Numbered from the stretch's first letter, positions 14,132 through 28,630 are shown. The stretch: DNA of 64,000 nt from Octopus vulgaris (GCA_951406725.2 OX597821.1:109182001-109246000), one strand, 5' to 3'. Program-made: numbers and translations. Notes: generated by a model not told the origin, from the letters alone.

Positions 14132-15023
14132 CAGGGTGCTGAGAATATATTGTCGTCTAAATTACGCAAAAATGAAAATAATATTGACATCTCATTTTAA
14201 CAAAATTTATTTGCCAAAATTACATAAAAATATCATGAAATATAAAAGAGTAAATTTATGCAGTAAAATCGCCATTGGCTTCAACCACTACCTCCAGAAG
14301 ACTTCGGAATCTCCTACAATTCTTCTGGACAGTCTCCTTGATAAAGTTGGTAAATGCTGCCATAATCCTTGTCTTCAGTTCATCTTTGGTGTTACAAGGC
14401 GTTTTGTTGGTCTCTCGATCAACTGTAACCCACACATAATAATCAAGGGGCTTGCCGTCTGAGGAGTTAGGTGGCCAGATGTTAGCGATAATGTGATCGC
14501 AGAAATTATCTGACAGCCATGACTGGTTTCTCCTGCTTGTGTGGCATGGTGCAGAGTCCTGTCGCCAGACGTAGGGTATTCCAGTAGCCACTAGCCACCT
14601 TTTTTACCCACGGCAGCACTACCTCCTCCAAGCACTTGATGTAGGCCTCCGTGTTCAGTGTGAGGCCGTGTGGGAAGATGATGGGAGGCATAACATCGCC
14701 ATCATTAGTGATTACTTCAAACACCATGATGTTGACTGAATGTTAGATTTTTATCACTCTCAGTAATGTTTTGGGGACACGACAGGCCAACGGTTGTTGT
14801 GTGTGTTCACCATCTGCTCATATTGGAGCTTCTGGGGAGAACGTCAAACAGTACAGCATGTCGTATCCGAATTTCTAGCAGAGTGAATTCCGTCTAGGTG
14901 GTCTTTTTCTCACAGATGGTGTCCAACTGACCCTACTGTACTGTGGAGTCGCCAAAATTACAAACAATGAGCATGCTCAATATTAAAAATATAAAATGGT
15001 GACAATTTGCCCATCGCATGCTG
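14132..15023 (-). mobile_element. Defective Tc1/mariner transposon, DD37D (maT-like)
   Basis: QDSAPCH..WPPNSSD..PLDYYVW with 37 residues between the two Asp; degenerate CAG-starting TIRs with TA flanks; frameshifted and deleted. Confidence 0.8.
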
Positions 15024-15029
15024 TATATA

Positions 15030-15102
<73 letters not shown>

Positions 15103-15992
15103 CAAAGTCGTCCTCGGCGGAATTTGAACTCAGAACGTAGCTGCAGACGAAATACCGCCAAGCATTTCGCCCAGCGTGCTAACGATTCCGTCAGCTCCTC
15201 GCCTTAATCATTGCAATAATTATTAGCTGTATTTCTATATGCTACCCAAAGGTTGCAGTTTTAATGTTATAATGAGTGATATGGAATAATAATCTCATTA
15301 TAGGATAATTCTTCTCATTGGATAAGAGATAAAATTGAGAAATAAAGCCTTTATTAAATTTATTACCATTCATTCGTACTCTCATTGTTTAGGTTTTTCT
15401 TCATTTTTCACCTAATTAGTGAAAATGTCTCGGTGAAAATTATATCTGGGGACAATTAGCTTGAGTAGATTTGCTAAAGGAACAATTGCTTTAGGGGGAA
15501 ATGTCAGGGTGCAATTATCCAGGGCCAAGCGGGACCGTAATTCACAGATATGGGGTTAGTTGTTATTTGCGAACGACATGGTGCGACTGAGTCAAGTAGA
15601 AGGTTTTTATGAAGCTGCGCTGTATAGTACTGTGAAGGAAAAGTACTCACCTTCATTCAACGCGTGGCTGTAGGCGGCCATTTTGAATTGGATGCAACAA
15701 TTGTATTTCATTCGTGGTGCATCAGTGACTCAGTAGAGTCACAGATGCACCACTTGGTTATTAGAAGAATGGAGGTGGGCGAAGAACTGAAAACAAGGAA
15801 AAAAAAAACGAACAAAAAAAAACGAAACAAAACAAAGTAAATTCATTATGTCCGGATCAATTTCCGTTTCTTCTTTTAGTCATGGTCATAGATTTTGGGC
15901 AGAAACAGCATCGGTTGTCAGGCAGTGTGACGGGGGTATAGACACAAACATCACGCGACACAAACACGCACACAAACGCACACACACTCACA

Positions 15993-16077
<85 letters not shown>

Positions 16078-16332
16078 ACACACACACACACACACACACG
16101 CACACACACACACACGCACACATATCTATCACGTAACTGACCGCGATATCGGATGACGTTATACATCGCTGGTCAAAACGTGCTTCGCATCGCTTTCTCT
16201 TTCGAAGTTGCCATCCTGTCGGCCAGGCGAGCAAGTCAACACACACACACGCACGTATGCACACGCACACACACACATATGTATATATATGTATATATGT
16301 ATATACACATATGTATATATATGTATATACAC

Positions 16333-16384
<52 letters not shown>

Positions 16385-16386
<2 letters not shown>

Positions 16387-16936
16387 CGGATTAAGTCGAT
16401 TATATCGACTCCAGTGCGTAACTGCTACTTATTTAATCGACCCCGAACTATGAAATGCAAAGTCGACCTCAGCGGAATTTGAACTCAGAATGTAACGGCA
16501 AACAAAATACCTATTTCTTTACTACCCACAAGGGGCTAAACACAGAGAGGAAAAAGAAGGACAGACAAACGGTTTAAGTCGATTATATCGACCCCAGTGC
16601 GTAACTGGTACTTAATTTATCGACCCCGAAAGGATGAAAGACAAAATCGACCTCGGCAGAATTTGAACTCAGAACATAGCTGCAGACGAAATACCTATTT
16701 CTATTTCCTTACTACCCACAAGGGGCTAAACACAGAGAGGACAAACAAGGACTGACAAACGGATAAAGTCGATTATATCGACCCCAGTGCGTAACTGGTA
16801 CTTATTTAATCGAACCCGAAAGGATGAAAGACAAAGTTGACCTCGGTGGAAATTGAACTCAGAACGTAGCAGCAGACGAAATACGGCTACGCATTTCGCC
16901 CGGCGTGCTATAACGTTTCTGCCAGCTCGCCGCCTT
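16385..16936 (-). mobile_element. SINE family A, three units
   Basis: Reverse complement of the family A consensus; a 5' fragment also lies at 15100-15206. Confidence 0.85.
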
Positions 16937-17407
16937 AAAACAACCTACGACACTACAACGTACCCAGGGTACTCGGAGCTGTGTTTGCTTGAGCACCGAA
17001 AGCACTCAGCAGAGATAAAAGCAATGATAAAAATACATTTTAATAGCTGACACATTTATAAACTGACGTAGAAAAAATAAATGAAATATTTCAAAGTAAC
17101 GACGTGTAAGGTGTTTCAGAAATTCAGCACGTCAGCATTTCAACGTTTCATGTTTATCTAAAAACATGACGAATTTATGACACACAGATACATATAAAGG
17201 AACACGTGTGCGTGCATGTGTATATGTGTGTAAACATTATGAACACACTGCAGTATAGTACTTATTTAGCAATACATATATGTATAAATACAAAGCCGTG
17301 AATTATCTGAATTTCTACAGGGATGGTTGGAATGCCGTTGTGCAGCCGTTCCAGTTCCGTGCTTTCTGATTTCATATAACCATATTTCTTAATGCATATA
17401 TATATAT

Positions 17408-17813
17408 AGGCGCAGGAGTGGCTGTGTGGTAAGTAGCTTGTGGTAAGTTGCTTGTAGTAGTTCCGGGTTCAGTCCCACTGCGTGGCACCTTCGGCAAGTG
17501 TCTTTTACTATAGCCTCGGACCGACCAAAGCCTTGTGAGTGGATTTGGTAGACGGAAACTGAAAGAAGCCCGTCGTATATATGTATATATATATATATGC
17601 GTGTGTGTGTTTGTGTGTCTGTGTTTGTCCCCCTAGCATTGCTTGACAACCGATGCTGGTGTGTTTATGCCCCCGTTACTTAGCGGTTCGGCAAAAGAGA
17701 CCGATAGAATAAGGACTGGGTTTACAAAAGAATAAGTCCCGGGGTCGAGTTGCTCGATTAAAGGCGGTGCTCCAGCATGGCCGCAGTCAAATGACTGAAA
17801 CAAATAAAAGAGT
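17408..17813 (+). mobile_element. SINE family B (tRNA head plus CORE-like domain)
   Basis: GGCGCAGGAGTGGCTGTGTGG head, GGTTCAGTCCC, CORE-like ACCTT.GGCAAGT, internal TA/TG microsatellite, AAAAGAGTA tail. Confidence 0.85.
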
Positions 17814-17841
17814 ATATACACACACATCATATATATATGTA

Positions 17842-17888
<47 letters not shown>

Positions 17889-17901
17889 CATATATATATA
17901 T

Positions 17902-18120
17902 ATAATTGCCGATCAAGTGTGGCGTCGTATACAGGACTGCTACTGACGTTCAAATCCCCAGGAAGACATCTCTTCCGGCTGGCTAACGACACACATTCTG
18001 TGTCTGAATACTAATCGGACACAGAATGTGTGTCGTTAGCCAGGTAGGAGAGATGTGTTCCTTGGGCTCTGAACGTCAGTAGCAGTCCTCTATAGGACAC
18101 CACACTTGATTGGCAATTAT
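17902..18120. mobile_element. Palindromic fold-back element
   Basis: About 105-bp imperfect arms ATAATTGCC.ATCAAGTGTGG...CCACACTTGAT.GGCAATTAT around a short loop; related to 36503-37157. Confidence 0.7.
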
Positions 18121-18169
18121 GTTACGATCCCGTATTGCTACTGTTTACATCTCGCTCAGAGATTTAATA

Positions 18170-18214
<45 letters not shown>

Positions 18215-18239
18215 TGTGTGTGTATGTGTGTGTGTGTGT

Positions 18240-18272
<33 letters not shown>

Positions 18273-18330
18273 AGTGTATGTATACACACACAATAGATAG
18301 ATAGATAGACAGATAGATTGATTGATAGAT

Positions 18331-18501
<171 letters not shown>

Positions 18502-18540
18502 ATGATAAATAGATAGATAGAGAGGTAGATAGATAAATAG

Positions 18541-18620
18541 ATATGTTTCTTTATTAGCCACACAGGACTGCACACAGACGGGACAAATTACAAGGTAGAG
18601 CTTTTCTTTTGGGGATAAAA
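18541..18620 (-). mobile_element. 3' terminus of the same Tx1-like family
   Basis: GTTTCTTTATT.GCCACACAGG.CTGCACACAGA.GGGACAA.TTACAAGGTAGAGCTTTTCTTTTGGGG matches 10254-10325 and again abuts (GATA)n. Confidence 0.8.
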
Positions 18621-18661
18621 AAGTGCGGGCTTCCTCACAGTTTCCGTCAAGCCAATTCATG

Positions 18662-18705
<44 letters not shown>

Positions 18706-18710
<5 letters not shown>

Positions 18711-18865
18711 AGAATTCAGAAGAAAAAACAAAAAACAAAAGGCGAAGACAGGTGGTGTAGAAAAGACACAGATGTATTAGTATAACGCTTAGGAATAGAT
18801 AAAGGCTTTTACGTTTCGAACCTACGCTCTTCCACAGAAAGGAACACAGAAAGAAACAAGGAGAG

Positions 18866-18870
<5 letters not shown>
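18706..18870 (-). mobile_element. HHR-bearing short repeat family E (Penelope pLTR-like)
   Basis: Homologous to 24860-25110, 56040-56235 and more distantly 41690-41900; embedded in (TA)n. Confidence 0.6.
18806..18841 (-). ncRNA. Minimal hammerhead-like motif with non-canonical core (CTGTGGA, A6U)
   Basis: Minus strand CTTT-CTGTGGA-A-GAGC GTAG GTTC-GAA-ACGT-A-AAAG; homologous to 56110-56145. Confidence 0.5.
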
Positions 18871-18933
<63 letters not shown>

Positions 18934-19170
18934 GAAAGAAAACCGAGCATGATTTACCAACTGGTGATCGGAAACGCATAACTCGGAAACTGGAAATCGG
19001 AATCTTTCAGAGATTTATGAATAGACAAACCGACAGAAGACAGACTGACAGACAGACAGACAGACAGAGACAGACAGACAGAGAGACAGAGAGACAGACA
19101 GACAGACAGATAGATAGATACATACATACATACATACATACATACATACATACATACATACATACATACA

Positions 19171-19204
<34 letters not shown>

Positions 19205-19659
19205 GAAAATTTGGGAGATGACTAAGCAGATGGAGAGATAAATGAATTTGTAAGTTATATCAGGAAACGAATCAAAGTTGTGCAACAAAAATTTTGAAGT
19301 TTAAACAATTAAGACTTAACGTAAGAAATTTTGTGTTTTCACAAATATGTAAAACGGCTCCTTCCGCATTAATTGCTACTTATGTATATCTACCCATGTG
19401 TCGCTCTGTCTCTCATAATGCATATATGGATGCATGGGAATGTTCAGTTTTCTTTCAAGGCTTCTTGCCAATAGAGAAAACGCCGGTTTCTAACCTGGAT
19501 CTAAGGCTCTTTCATTGGAATTTCAAAATCAACAACAGTAAGTATGTATGCATGTCTCTTCTATTTTTTAATTGTTATAAATCTTCCATTGAGGAGGGAA
19601 CCGGTTTCCAACAAAAGGACAAGCCTCCATCTTTGGGATGTAGTTAACACAGACAAATT

Positions 19660-20295
19660 CGCATTTGGAACTTGAGAAAGTCTTGCATATTTTTACTGTT
19701 CCACTCACAGATTGCACTTGTACTGTACGAATCAGTTAGTCAGTTTCTCTTTCTGAAAATCACAGTTTATCCAGATTCTCCTTTAAGCATTTACTAACGA
19801 AACTTAGTGCTCCAATTATTACTGGTATGAATATGAATTCATAGTCTGGGTATATGTATATATGTATATATGTATGCATGTATGCATGTATTTTTGCATG
19901 TATTTATGTATGTATGTATATATGTATGTGTGTGTACGTAGGCTTGCATGTATGTAAGTGCAGATTTGTATATTTTATGTATGTATTCTCATGCTTATAG
20001 TTGCAAATCTAGACATGTTTATAAATATTTAAATGATAAACTTCTGGAAATTTTACAGATTTTTGCAGTTCCAGTGATGGACTTGATCTGTAGTCTTCGA
20101 ATTAGCTTTCTCCTTTCTTTTTTTTGTGAAGCCTAATTTCTCAAGATTGGTATTTAAGCAGTGTGTTACATATCCCAGGGCCCCAATAATTACAGGTATA
20201 AACCTGAAATTGTAATCTGAATAGAGTAACTGCAGATTTCTCAATAGTTCACTGTAGGTATTCTCTTTTTCACTGATCTTCAGCTTTAAGTTTAT
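19660..20295 (-). mobile_element. Two further R4/Dong-like 3' fragments
   Basis: LKLKISEKENTYSELLRNLQLLYSDYNFRFIPVIIGALGYVT (about 20050-20295), plus a more diverged copy at about 19660-19850. Confidence 0.8.
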
Positions 20296-20698
20296 GTTTA
20301 TGTATGTATGTATGTATGTATGTATGTATGTATGTATGTATGTATGTATGTATGTATGCATGCATGTATGCATGTATGTATCTATGTATGTACGCATGAA
20401 TGCGTCTATGCATGTAATTATGTACATATGTCAGTATATATGTGTATGCATGTATATGTAAATGCGTGGATGCGTGTTTATTCGCATTTCTGCGTATATC
20501 ATTAAGACGATTTTTGGAGTTTGCCAGTGTTTGTGTTAATTCAATTATACGCGCATGCGTGTATACATAACAGCAATTAAGAATATGTAAAGTCGTTTAG
20601 CTAAGGTCTTAAAACCATGTTCAAGTGCTACATACACAAACATACATGTATACACACATATATACATACTCACATACAAAAATACATACATACATACA

Positions 20699-20736
<38 letters not shown>

Positions 20737-21423
20737 TATATACATGCATATATATATATATGTGTACACACACACACACACATATATATATACATATACA
20801 TATATATATATTCACATATAAGTCAATATATATTGTGTATGTATACACATTTATGCATATACTTGTGTAAGTAAATTCCTAAACAAGACTACATAATGTA
20901 ATAAACGTAATATAATATAGCGTAATACAATATATCACCATTTGCCTCTTCGGTGCTTAGTCTAACACAAAGCCAAACTTGAACATAATTGTTTATTTTC
21001 AATGAGACAAGGAAACAAAAGACTAAATTCCTTAATGAAATTCCTGCCATCATTTTCTCACACTCCTCTTCTCCACCTCTCTTCCTTTCTCTCTTTTTCT
21101 CCACGCTCACTCTCAATAGTATTTTTCAGATTTCGTTCATTTTCTTTTCCTTTTTAGTTTTATATTTTTTTTTTCTGTATGTCGCCAAAAACAAAAACCA
21201 GATTTCAAAAAAGCAGGAAAGCAATCACTAGAATTTTATTATCAATCACATAACATCGTAGTTGTTAACCTCTTGTATCAGCAAATTGATTGCTTTTACA
21301 ACAAATCCTGACTCGTTTCAAGGAGCCATTAATGGCGTATGGCTCTGAATTTTACTCAATAATCTACGCATCGTTAACTCAATTATCTGCAACATCTTTC
21401 TGTTGTGTCGCAGCTGATAGGAC

Positions 21424-21456
<33 letters not shown>

Positions 21457-21493
21457 GACCGTGACAATGATGATGATGATGATGATGATGATA

Positions 21494-21539
<46 letters not shown>

Positions 21540-21830
21540 CGACGACGATGGTGATGATGGTGAGGATGATGATGGCGATAACGATGGTGGTGACGATGAT
21601 GATGACGATGGTGGTAGTGGTGGTGGTGGTGGTGGTGATGGTGGTGGTGATGGTGGTGGTGATGGTGGTGGTGGTGGTGGATAGTGGTGGTAATAATGGC
21701 GACGACAACGGTGAGGAGGAGGAGGAGGAGGAAGAAGAAGAAGAAGAAGAACAAGAAGAAGAAGAAGAAGAGGAGGAAGAGGAGGAGGGATATTGTGACT
21801 ATGATGACGATGATAACGCTGATGATGGTC
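21424..21830. repeat. Compound (GAT)/(GTG)/(GAA)n repeat
   Basis: Direct inspection. Confidence 0.95.
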
Positions 21831-22083
21831 ATGATAAACTGTACAGCAAATGGATGACATTTGGTGCCTGAATTTGAAGTTGGCGGTTGTAGAGCAATTT
21901 TGTTTACTTAAATGCACCAAATTAGATTCAATGTTTGTTGCAGTTATTTACTTAATGAGTTCGAATCCCACCGAGGGCAACAACTTTGACATTTCTCTCA
22001 ACCAGGTTTAAAAATAAAGTAACAATCAAGTAATGGAACTGATGGCATCAGAACTGCTAGCCTGGTGATCACATCAGAAACTA

Positions 22084-22648
22084 TTTGGTTGTCCGGAAAG
22101 TTGGTGCCGATTTTTAAAGGAAAGAGAAAGGTCAATAAATACTCACCATTACATTTTTAATTAACTAAATATGAACCATTTTGTTGCACAATGCGTCTCC
22201 ATCTTTCATTTAACTTGAAAATAACCTCTTCCCAGAACTGAGGTGCTTTCATGGCAAATAATTCATCAAGGTATCTTTTTACGTCATCCAAGGAATTGAA
22301 ATTTTTACCATTAAGCCTTCTGCAGAGATCTGAATAAGTAGAAATCCGAAGGAGCAATATCTGATGAATATGGAGGGTGGGGTAACACATGCCAGCCGAG
22401 CTGCAGCAATTTTTGTCTGGTTCCCAAAGCATCAAGAGCCGAAAATGAACTTTCTTATTTTCTATTTTAAAGGGTTACAGAATTAACACAGGTTAAAGGA
22501 ACATAAAATCTTCTTCCACGAAAAGATAGCTTAAAATTTGCTCTAAATGGAGGTGTAGTCAAATCCTATTTTATGGACTCAACCATGTTCTAAAATAAGT
22601 CGAAAGGTAAGCTACTATAAATCAGCACGAACTTTCCGGACAACCCAA
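22084..22648 (-). mobile_element. Internally deleted mariner element
   Basis: About 30-bp TIRs (TT.GGTTGTCCGGAAAGTT.GTGC.GATTT), TA TSD, C-terminal remnant LNGKNFNSLDDVK..FWEE.I.KL.ERWRRIVQQNGSY. Confidence 0.85.
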
Positions 22649-23250
22649 TATAATTTGTATCTGCTTCAGCTCTAACTCATTACTAAACATCTATTACAAT
22701 AGTCTGCAAGATAGCATACATGATACTAAAATTTATTTGGAAGAAGGTAAACATGCGCAGCAAAAACTGGGCTTGCGAAATAAGGGCATTCAGAAAAATT
22801 ACTTTACAAGAAAAAACCGGAAGCGACGTGGTGATGAATTAAATTTTGCTGTCGCCATTTTAAAAACAATTTTTATTTTAAAATGTTTCTTCTCTCCATC
22901 CCAATGCCTCAAATTATTAAACTGCATTCAAAGGCAATAAGCTGTTTTTTAATTGTATACTGTAGTTCTGTCAACGTTGCCTATGTAAAATGCAGATAGA
23001 TTTGAGACTGATATTTCCTATATAACGGCAACGTAAATACCGGGCATTGCTGTTATTCCAGACGTTTATTGCAGATTACAACAGAAAATGTCCAGCAGAT
23101 TTCACCTACTCCCATAATTGAGAATTGTTCTCTGGCCTGCAGTAATTTTGTTAAAAGATGTAACTCGGTGACGGATTTAAGTATTGGAGTGGGCGCTTTC
23201 TTATTTCAAAGCGAGATTTCTGTGCATGGGTGTGTATACAAAATGTGCGC

Positions 23251-23253
<3 letters not shown>

Positions 23254-23291
<38 letters not shown>

Positions 23292-23484
23292 TGGATTTGT
23301 ACATGTATGAATATATAAATATATATATGTATATACGTATGTATATATATATGTATGTATATATATATGTATATAATGCATAAATATATACACACATACA
23401 TATATATACATATGTATACACACATACATATATACATATATATACATATGTATACACACATATATAGACATATATATATGTATG

Positions 23485-23516
<32 letters not shown>

Positions 23517-23757
23517 AAATATAAATATATACAGACATACAGATATATATATATATATACATATATACACATATATATACATATATATATACATGCACAG
23601 ACACACATATATATATATATATGTATATATATGTATATATATGTATATATATATATACACACATCATATATACCTTTTTACACACACTCATGCACACGAA
23701 AGCAGATGCATATATGTATGTAAGGATGTTTATACGTAAATATATGTATATATGTGC

Positions 23758-23790
<33 letters not shown>

Positions 23791-24145
23791 CGTGTGTGTG
23801 TGTGTGTGCATATATATATATAGATATAGATATATGCATACATACATATATACATACATATATCAATATTAGTGGTAAGACAACAAAAGAATGAATGAAA
23901 CCACGATATTATGCAGATACAGGAATTTATCTGTAATATATGTGACAATTAATCAGTTGCCATAATATATACATATATATATGCATATATATAAATATAA
24001 ATATATATATATATGTATGTATGTATATATATATATATTATATATATATGTATATACATATATGCATATATATATATATATTTATATATATATACATATA
24101 TATATATGTATATACATATATGCATATATATATATATATATATAT
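23254..24145. repeat. Degenerate (TA)n tract
   Basis: Direct inspection. Confidence 0.9.
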
Positions 24146-24363
24146 TAAAGTTTAATCTTTAAAATACACCCTACATGTACGCCGAAATTTCTGGACGTAG
24201 GTCCAACGCTGAAAGCAAAGTATCTCTGATAACGCCCGATAGCCATTACCAGTGAACGTGGTCCCCAGACACGCTACCTAGAACTTACCGTCAAACAAGG
24301 TTTGGATACTGAATTTAACGCCTAGTTTTTAAACACCAATTCTTTAACTTTAAATTCGAGATT

Positions 24364-24397
<34 letters not shown>

Positions 24398-24398
<1 letters not shown>

Positions 24399-24795
24399 TC
24401 TTTTACTTTTTTTTTTACTTGTTTCAGTCATTTGACTGTGGCCATGCTTGATCACAGCCTTTAGTCGAGCAAATCAACCCTAGAACTTATCCTTGGAAGC
24501 CTAGTACTTATTCTATCGGTCGCTTTTCCCGAACAGCTAAGTTACAGGGACATAAACACACCAGCATCGGTTGTCAAACAATGTTGAGGGGACAAACACA
24601 GACACACAAACATATACACACACATACATATTTATGGCGGGGTTCTTTCAGTTTCCGTCTACCAAATCCATTCACAAGGCTCTGGTCGATCCGAGGCTAT
24701 AGCAGAAGACACTTACCCAAGGTGCCATGCAGTGGGACTGAACCCGGAACCATGAGGTTCGTAAGCAAGCTTCTTACCACGCTGCCACTCTTACG

Positions 24796-24798
<3 letters not shown>
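24398..24798 (-). mobile_element. SINE family B
   Basis: Reverse complement of 17408-17813; tail fragments also at 2556-2738 and 34820-34960. Confidence 0.85.
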
Positions 24799-24859
<61 letters not shown>

Positions 24860-24860
<1 letters not shown>

Positions 24861-25110
24861 TGGGCGAATTCATAAAAAAACAAAAGACGAAGCCAGGTGG
24901 TGTAGACAACAAATAGATGTATTAGTATAAGGCTCGGGAAGTGAAAAAGTCTTTAAAGTATCGAGCCTGCGCTCTTCCACAAAAAGGAACACAGAAAGAA
25001 ACAAAGAGAGAAAATAAAGAATGTGTAGTGGCTAACGATCTATCATGCTGAATGCCGGACAGAATGCTCACACGGGAGAGCTAGGTACAAGGGGAGATAA
25101 TAAAGTAGTG
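24860..25110 (-). mobile_element. Family E copy with decayed HHR
   Basis: Shares GGTGGTGTAGA..GATGTATTAGTATAA..GCTCTTCCAC..AAAGGAACACAGAAAGAAACAA with 18706-18870. Confidence 0.6.
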
Positions 25111-25373
25111 GTGACCCCAAAACTTTTCAGAAGTTTAGCATTTAAGTATCTTTGAGCATGTCTAGATACGCGACTATATGCATGAGAATGCATTCATAAA
25201 GCAAAACGTACTTATCTGCACATGCACTGACCCCCAAATACTGCACGTATACACATATTCATGCAAAAATACTCGGCTGATGCTGCTGAAGTTTCTAATG
25301 AATGAGATTTGCATCTATATTAGAAACCTGTTCTTTCTTTATAGGCAAGACATCTGTCAACAAAACTGAATAA

Positions 25374-25771
25374 TCTTTATATATAAAAGTGAGGTTGTGT
25401 GCTGTCTGTCTCCTACGATTTAGATTCCTAACAACACCCACATTTTGCGGTGCAGTTTAACCAAAACCGGGTAGCTTATAGTCGTAATTCATATCGGGCC
25501 TTTCTGGGTATTAGCGCGGGTCTACGATGAGACTACGATTTAAAAAAAAAATTACCATCAATTTTTCCCATATTTAATGCATTTTTGGCATATATAAGGG
25601 AAGTAACTCTCTAAAAATTTATTATTAAATCTCAGAACGTAAAAAGCTACAGTAACACCCCCCCCCTTTGTGGTTAGCCATATTGAGATGGCTATTATAC
25701 TTTACATCTCTAAAAATGCTTATATAGTTATTTCCCTTACAAACCCGAGCAACGCCGAGCGATACTGCTAG
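25374..25771 (+). mobile_element. Non-autonomous Helitron
   Basis: A|TC 5' end (TCTTTATATATAAAAG), GC-rich subterminal motif CCCGAGCAACGCCGAGCG, CTAG|T 3' end, no TSD. Confidence 0.8.
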
Positions 25772-25806
25772 TAACATATATACATAACATATATACATAA
25801 TATATA

Positions 25807-26037
25807 AGGCGGCGAGCTGGCAGAAACGTTAGCGCGCAGGGCGAAATGCTTAGCGGTATTTCGTCTGTCGTTACGTTCTGAGTTCGAATTCCGCCGAGGT
25901 TGACTTTGTCTTTCATCTTTTCGGGGTCGATAAATAAAGTACCAGTTTCGCACTGGGGTCGATGTAATCGACTTAATCCCTTTGTCTGTCCTTGTTTGTC
26001 CCCTCTATGTTTAGCCCCTTGTGGGTAGTAAAGAAAT
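25807..26037 (+). mobile_element. SINE family A, single unit with TSD
   Basis: GGCGGCGAGCTGGCAGAAACGTTAGC head; ATATATACATAATATA on both flanks. Confidence 0.85.
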
Positions 26038-26435
26038 ATATATACATAATATACTTAGTCAGAGTAAATGGTCCTTCTCTTTGTACAAGCTGTACGTTGG
26101 ACTAGAGGACACATATAAGATAGGGTATCTGTAAACGAATTCTTGAGTAAACCTGTCTCAAGGGTTGATCTCTTAACGGTGAGATTTCATTTTAATTCCT
26201 CTTGTTTTTTGTTGCTTATTTTCTCATAATCTATTCTACATAAATAACAACAACAAAAAAACCACCTTTCTGTTTTTAATCTGTCATGATAACGTCACCA
26301 AATCCGTCACTCCTGCGGTAAATAAAGAAATCATCGTCATCATCAGATTCTTCATCATACTCGTTATGTCTGTCTTATGCTAAAAACATTATTTGCGTAT
26401 CATCATTATACGCATCATAGCGAAAAACCGTAATG

Positions 26436-26960
26436 ATCATCATCATCATCATCATCATCATCATCGTCGTCGTCGTCGTCGTCGTCGTCGTCATCGTCGT
26501 CGTCGTCATTGTCGTCGTAGTCTTCGTTGTCTTCATCGTCATCATCATCATCACCATCACATCATCATCATCATCATCACAGTCATCATCAGCATCAGCA
26601 TCATCACGACCAACAACGTAAGTATCATCATTACACTCCTCCTCCTCCTCTTTCTCCTTTTCCTCCTTCTTCTTTTCCTCATCCCCTTCCTCCTCCTCCT
26701 TCTCCTCCTCCTCATTCTCCTCCTCCTCATCATCATCATCGTCATCACAGTCATCAGCATCATCACGACCAACAACGTATCGTCATACTCTTTCTCTTTT
26801 TTCCGTTTCCTCCTCCTCCTCCTCATCATCATTATCATCATAACTATAATAGCCATAGTAATAAAAATAATTATTATTACTATTGTCGCACTTGTTATTG
26901 TTATCATTGTTGTACTTATTATTATTATCATCATCATCATCATCGTCGTCGTCGTCGTCG
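26436..26960. repeat. Compound (CAT)/(CGT)/(CCT)n repeat
   Basis: Direct inspection. Confidence 0.95.
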
Positions 26961-27064
26961 CGATGGAATTACAAGCACTATTCATCATCACATTAAATGA
27001 AACCAGTTGTATGAGCAACGATGCATGTTGAAATAAGAATACGCAACTAGAGAGAGAGAAAGAG

Positions 27065-27107
<43 letters not shown>

Positions 27108-27616
27108 AAAAAACAAAACAAAACAAAGAATACAAAGAATAAACAAAACAAAAAAATAAACACAAGCAAAAACGAAGACTTAGAAGTAAAAAAAAAAAAA
27201 ACGGTAGGGGGCGCAAAAAAGTTTCTAACATACAAAGAGAAACAAACAAAAAAAATCAACACTACTTTCACGGATGACTAACAACGAGCAGTTTTAGTCA
27301 ATAAAATCGATTGAGCATGCGATCTATTATTCTGCCTCGTTTGGAAAACTTCTCCCTCCATATCGAATCTCCCACCAACCCTCCTTTATTTCTTTACTCC
27401 TTCGCCGTCTTCATTCTTTTTCTGCAATTCGCTTATTTGATGTTCCGCCATTTTCTTTTACTTTTCTTTTTTTTTTTGATTTACATACAACGCTTGTTTT
27501 TCTTTTCTTTTCTTTTTATTTCTCTTGCTTTAAATTTTTTTTTTCTTCTTTCCTGTTCAACTCACTGTTGTCTTGTCTACGCTTGCTTTTTTTTGTAATT
27601 TTTTTCATTTACACAT

Positions 27617-27715
<99 letters not shown>

Positions 27716-27770
27716 CATACATATATATACACATATACATACATATATATACACATATATATACATATAT

Positions 27771-27814
<44 letters not shown>

Positions 27815-27854
27815 TAAGATATATATATATATATACACATATATATACATATAT

Positions 27855-27948
<94 letters not shown>

Positions 27949-28630
27949 ATGTTGTCTTTTTTGCTGTTTTATTATTTCTGCTAATACTGTTGCTGTAGTG
28001 CTTCCTGCTGCTTGTGATGTTGTTGTTGATGTCGATGTTGCTTTCAGTGACTGCAACTAGTTGGAACAATTTTTTTGTTTTTTGAGGGGTTTTTTTCTGG
28101 CTGCTACGGATTTCGTTGCAGCTCTTGAAATCGCCATTCTTTTGTTTCTCTGCTATTTTTTTTTTTTGTCTTATTTCCGCTTATTTTGTGTGCATGTCCT
28201 TTGTGTTGTATTCCATATTTATTTGCTGTTGCTGGTGGTGGTGGTGGTCGGGGGGGTGGGGAGGTGATGGAAGTGGTGGTGGTGGTAGTGGTCGTCGTCG
28301 GCATAGGGATGGTAGTGGCCGTGGTCGTGGTGATGTTGATGGCGGTGATAGAGGAGGTAGTGACGATGCTTGTGGTGATTAGATGCTTGTGGTGATTAGG
28401 TGGTGATGGTGGTAGAGATTTGGTAGTGGTGGTGGTGGTGGTGGTGGTGGTGGTTGATGATAGTGGTGTTGGTGGTGGTTTTGGTGTCTGTGCGTTGTTG
28501 CTTATTCCTGTATGAGACTTAAACATAGAAACATGATCAAGACGTTCCAATCGTGAATATCGCGTCGTTTTGCGTATTCTGTACATTACTACACACTCAC
28601 CCACACCCACACACATACACACACACACAT

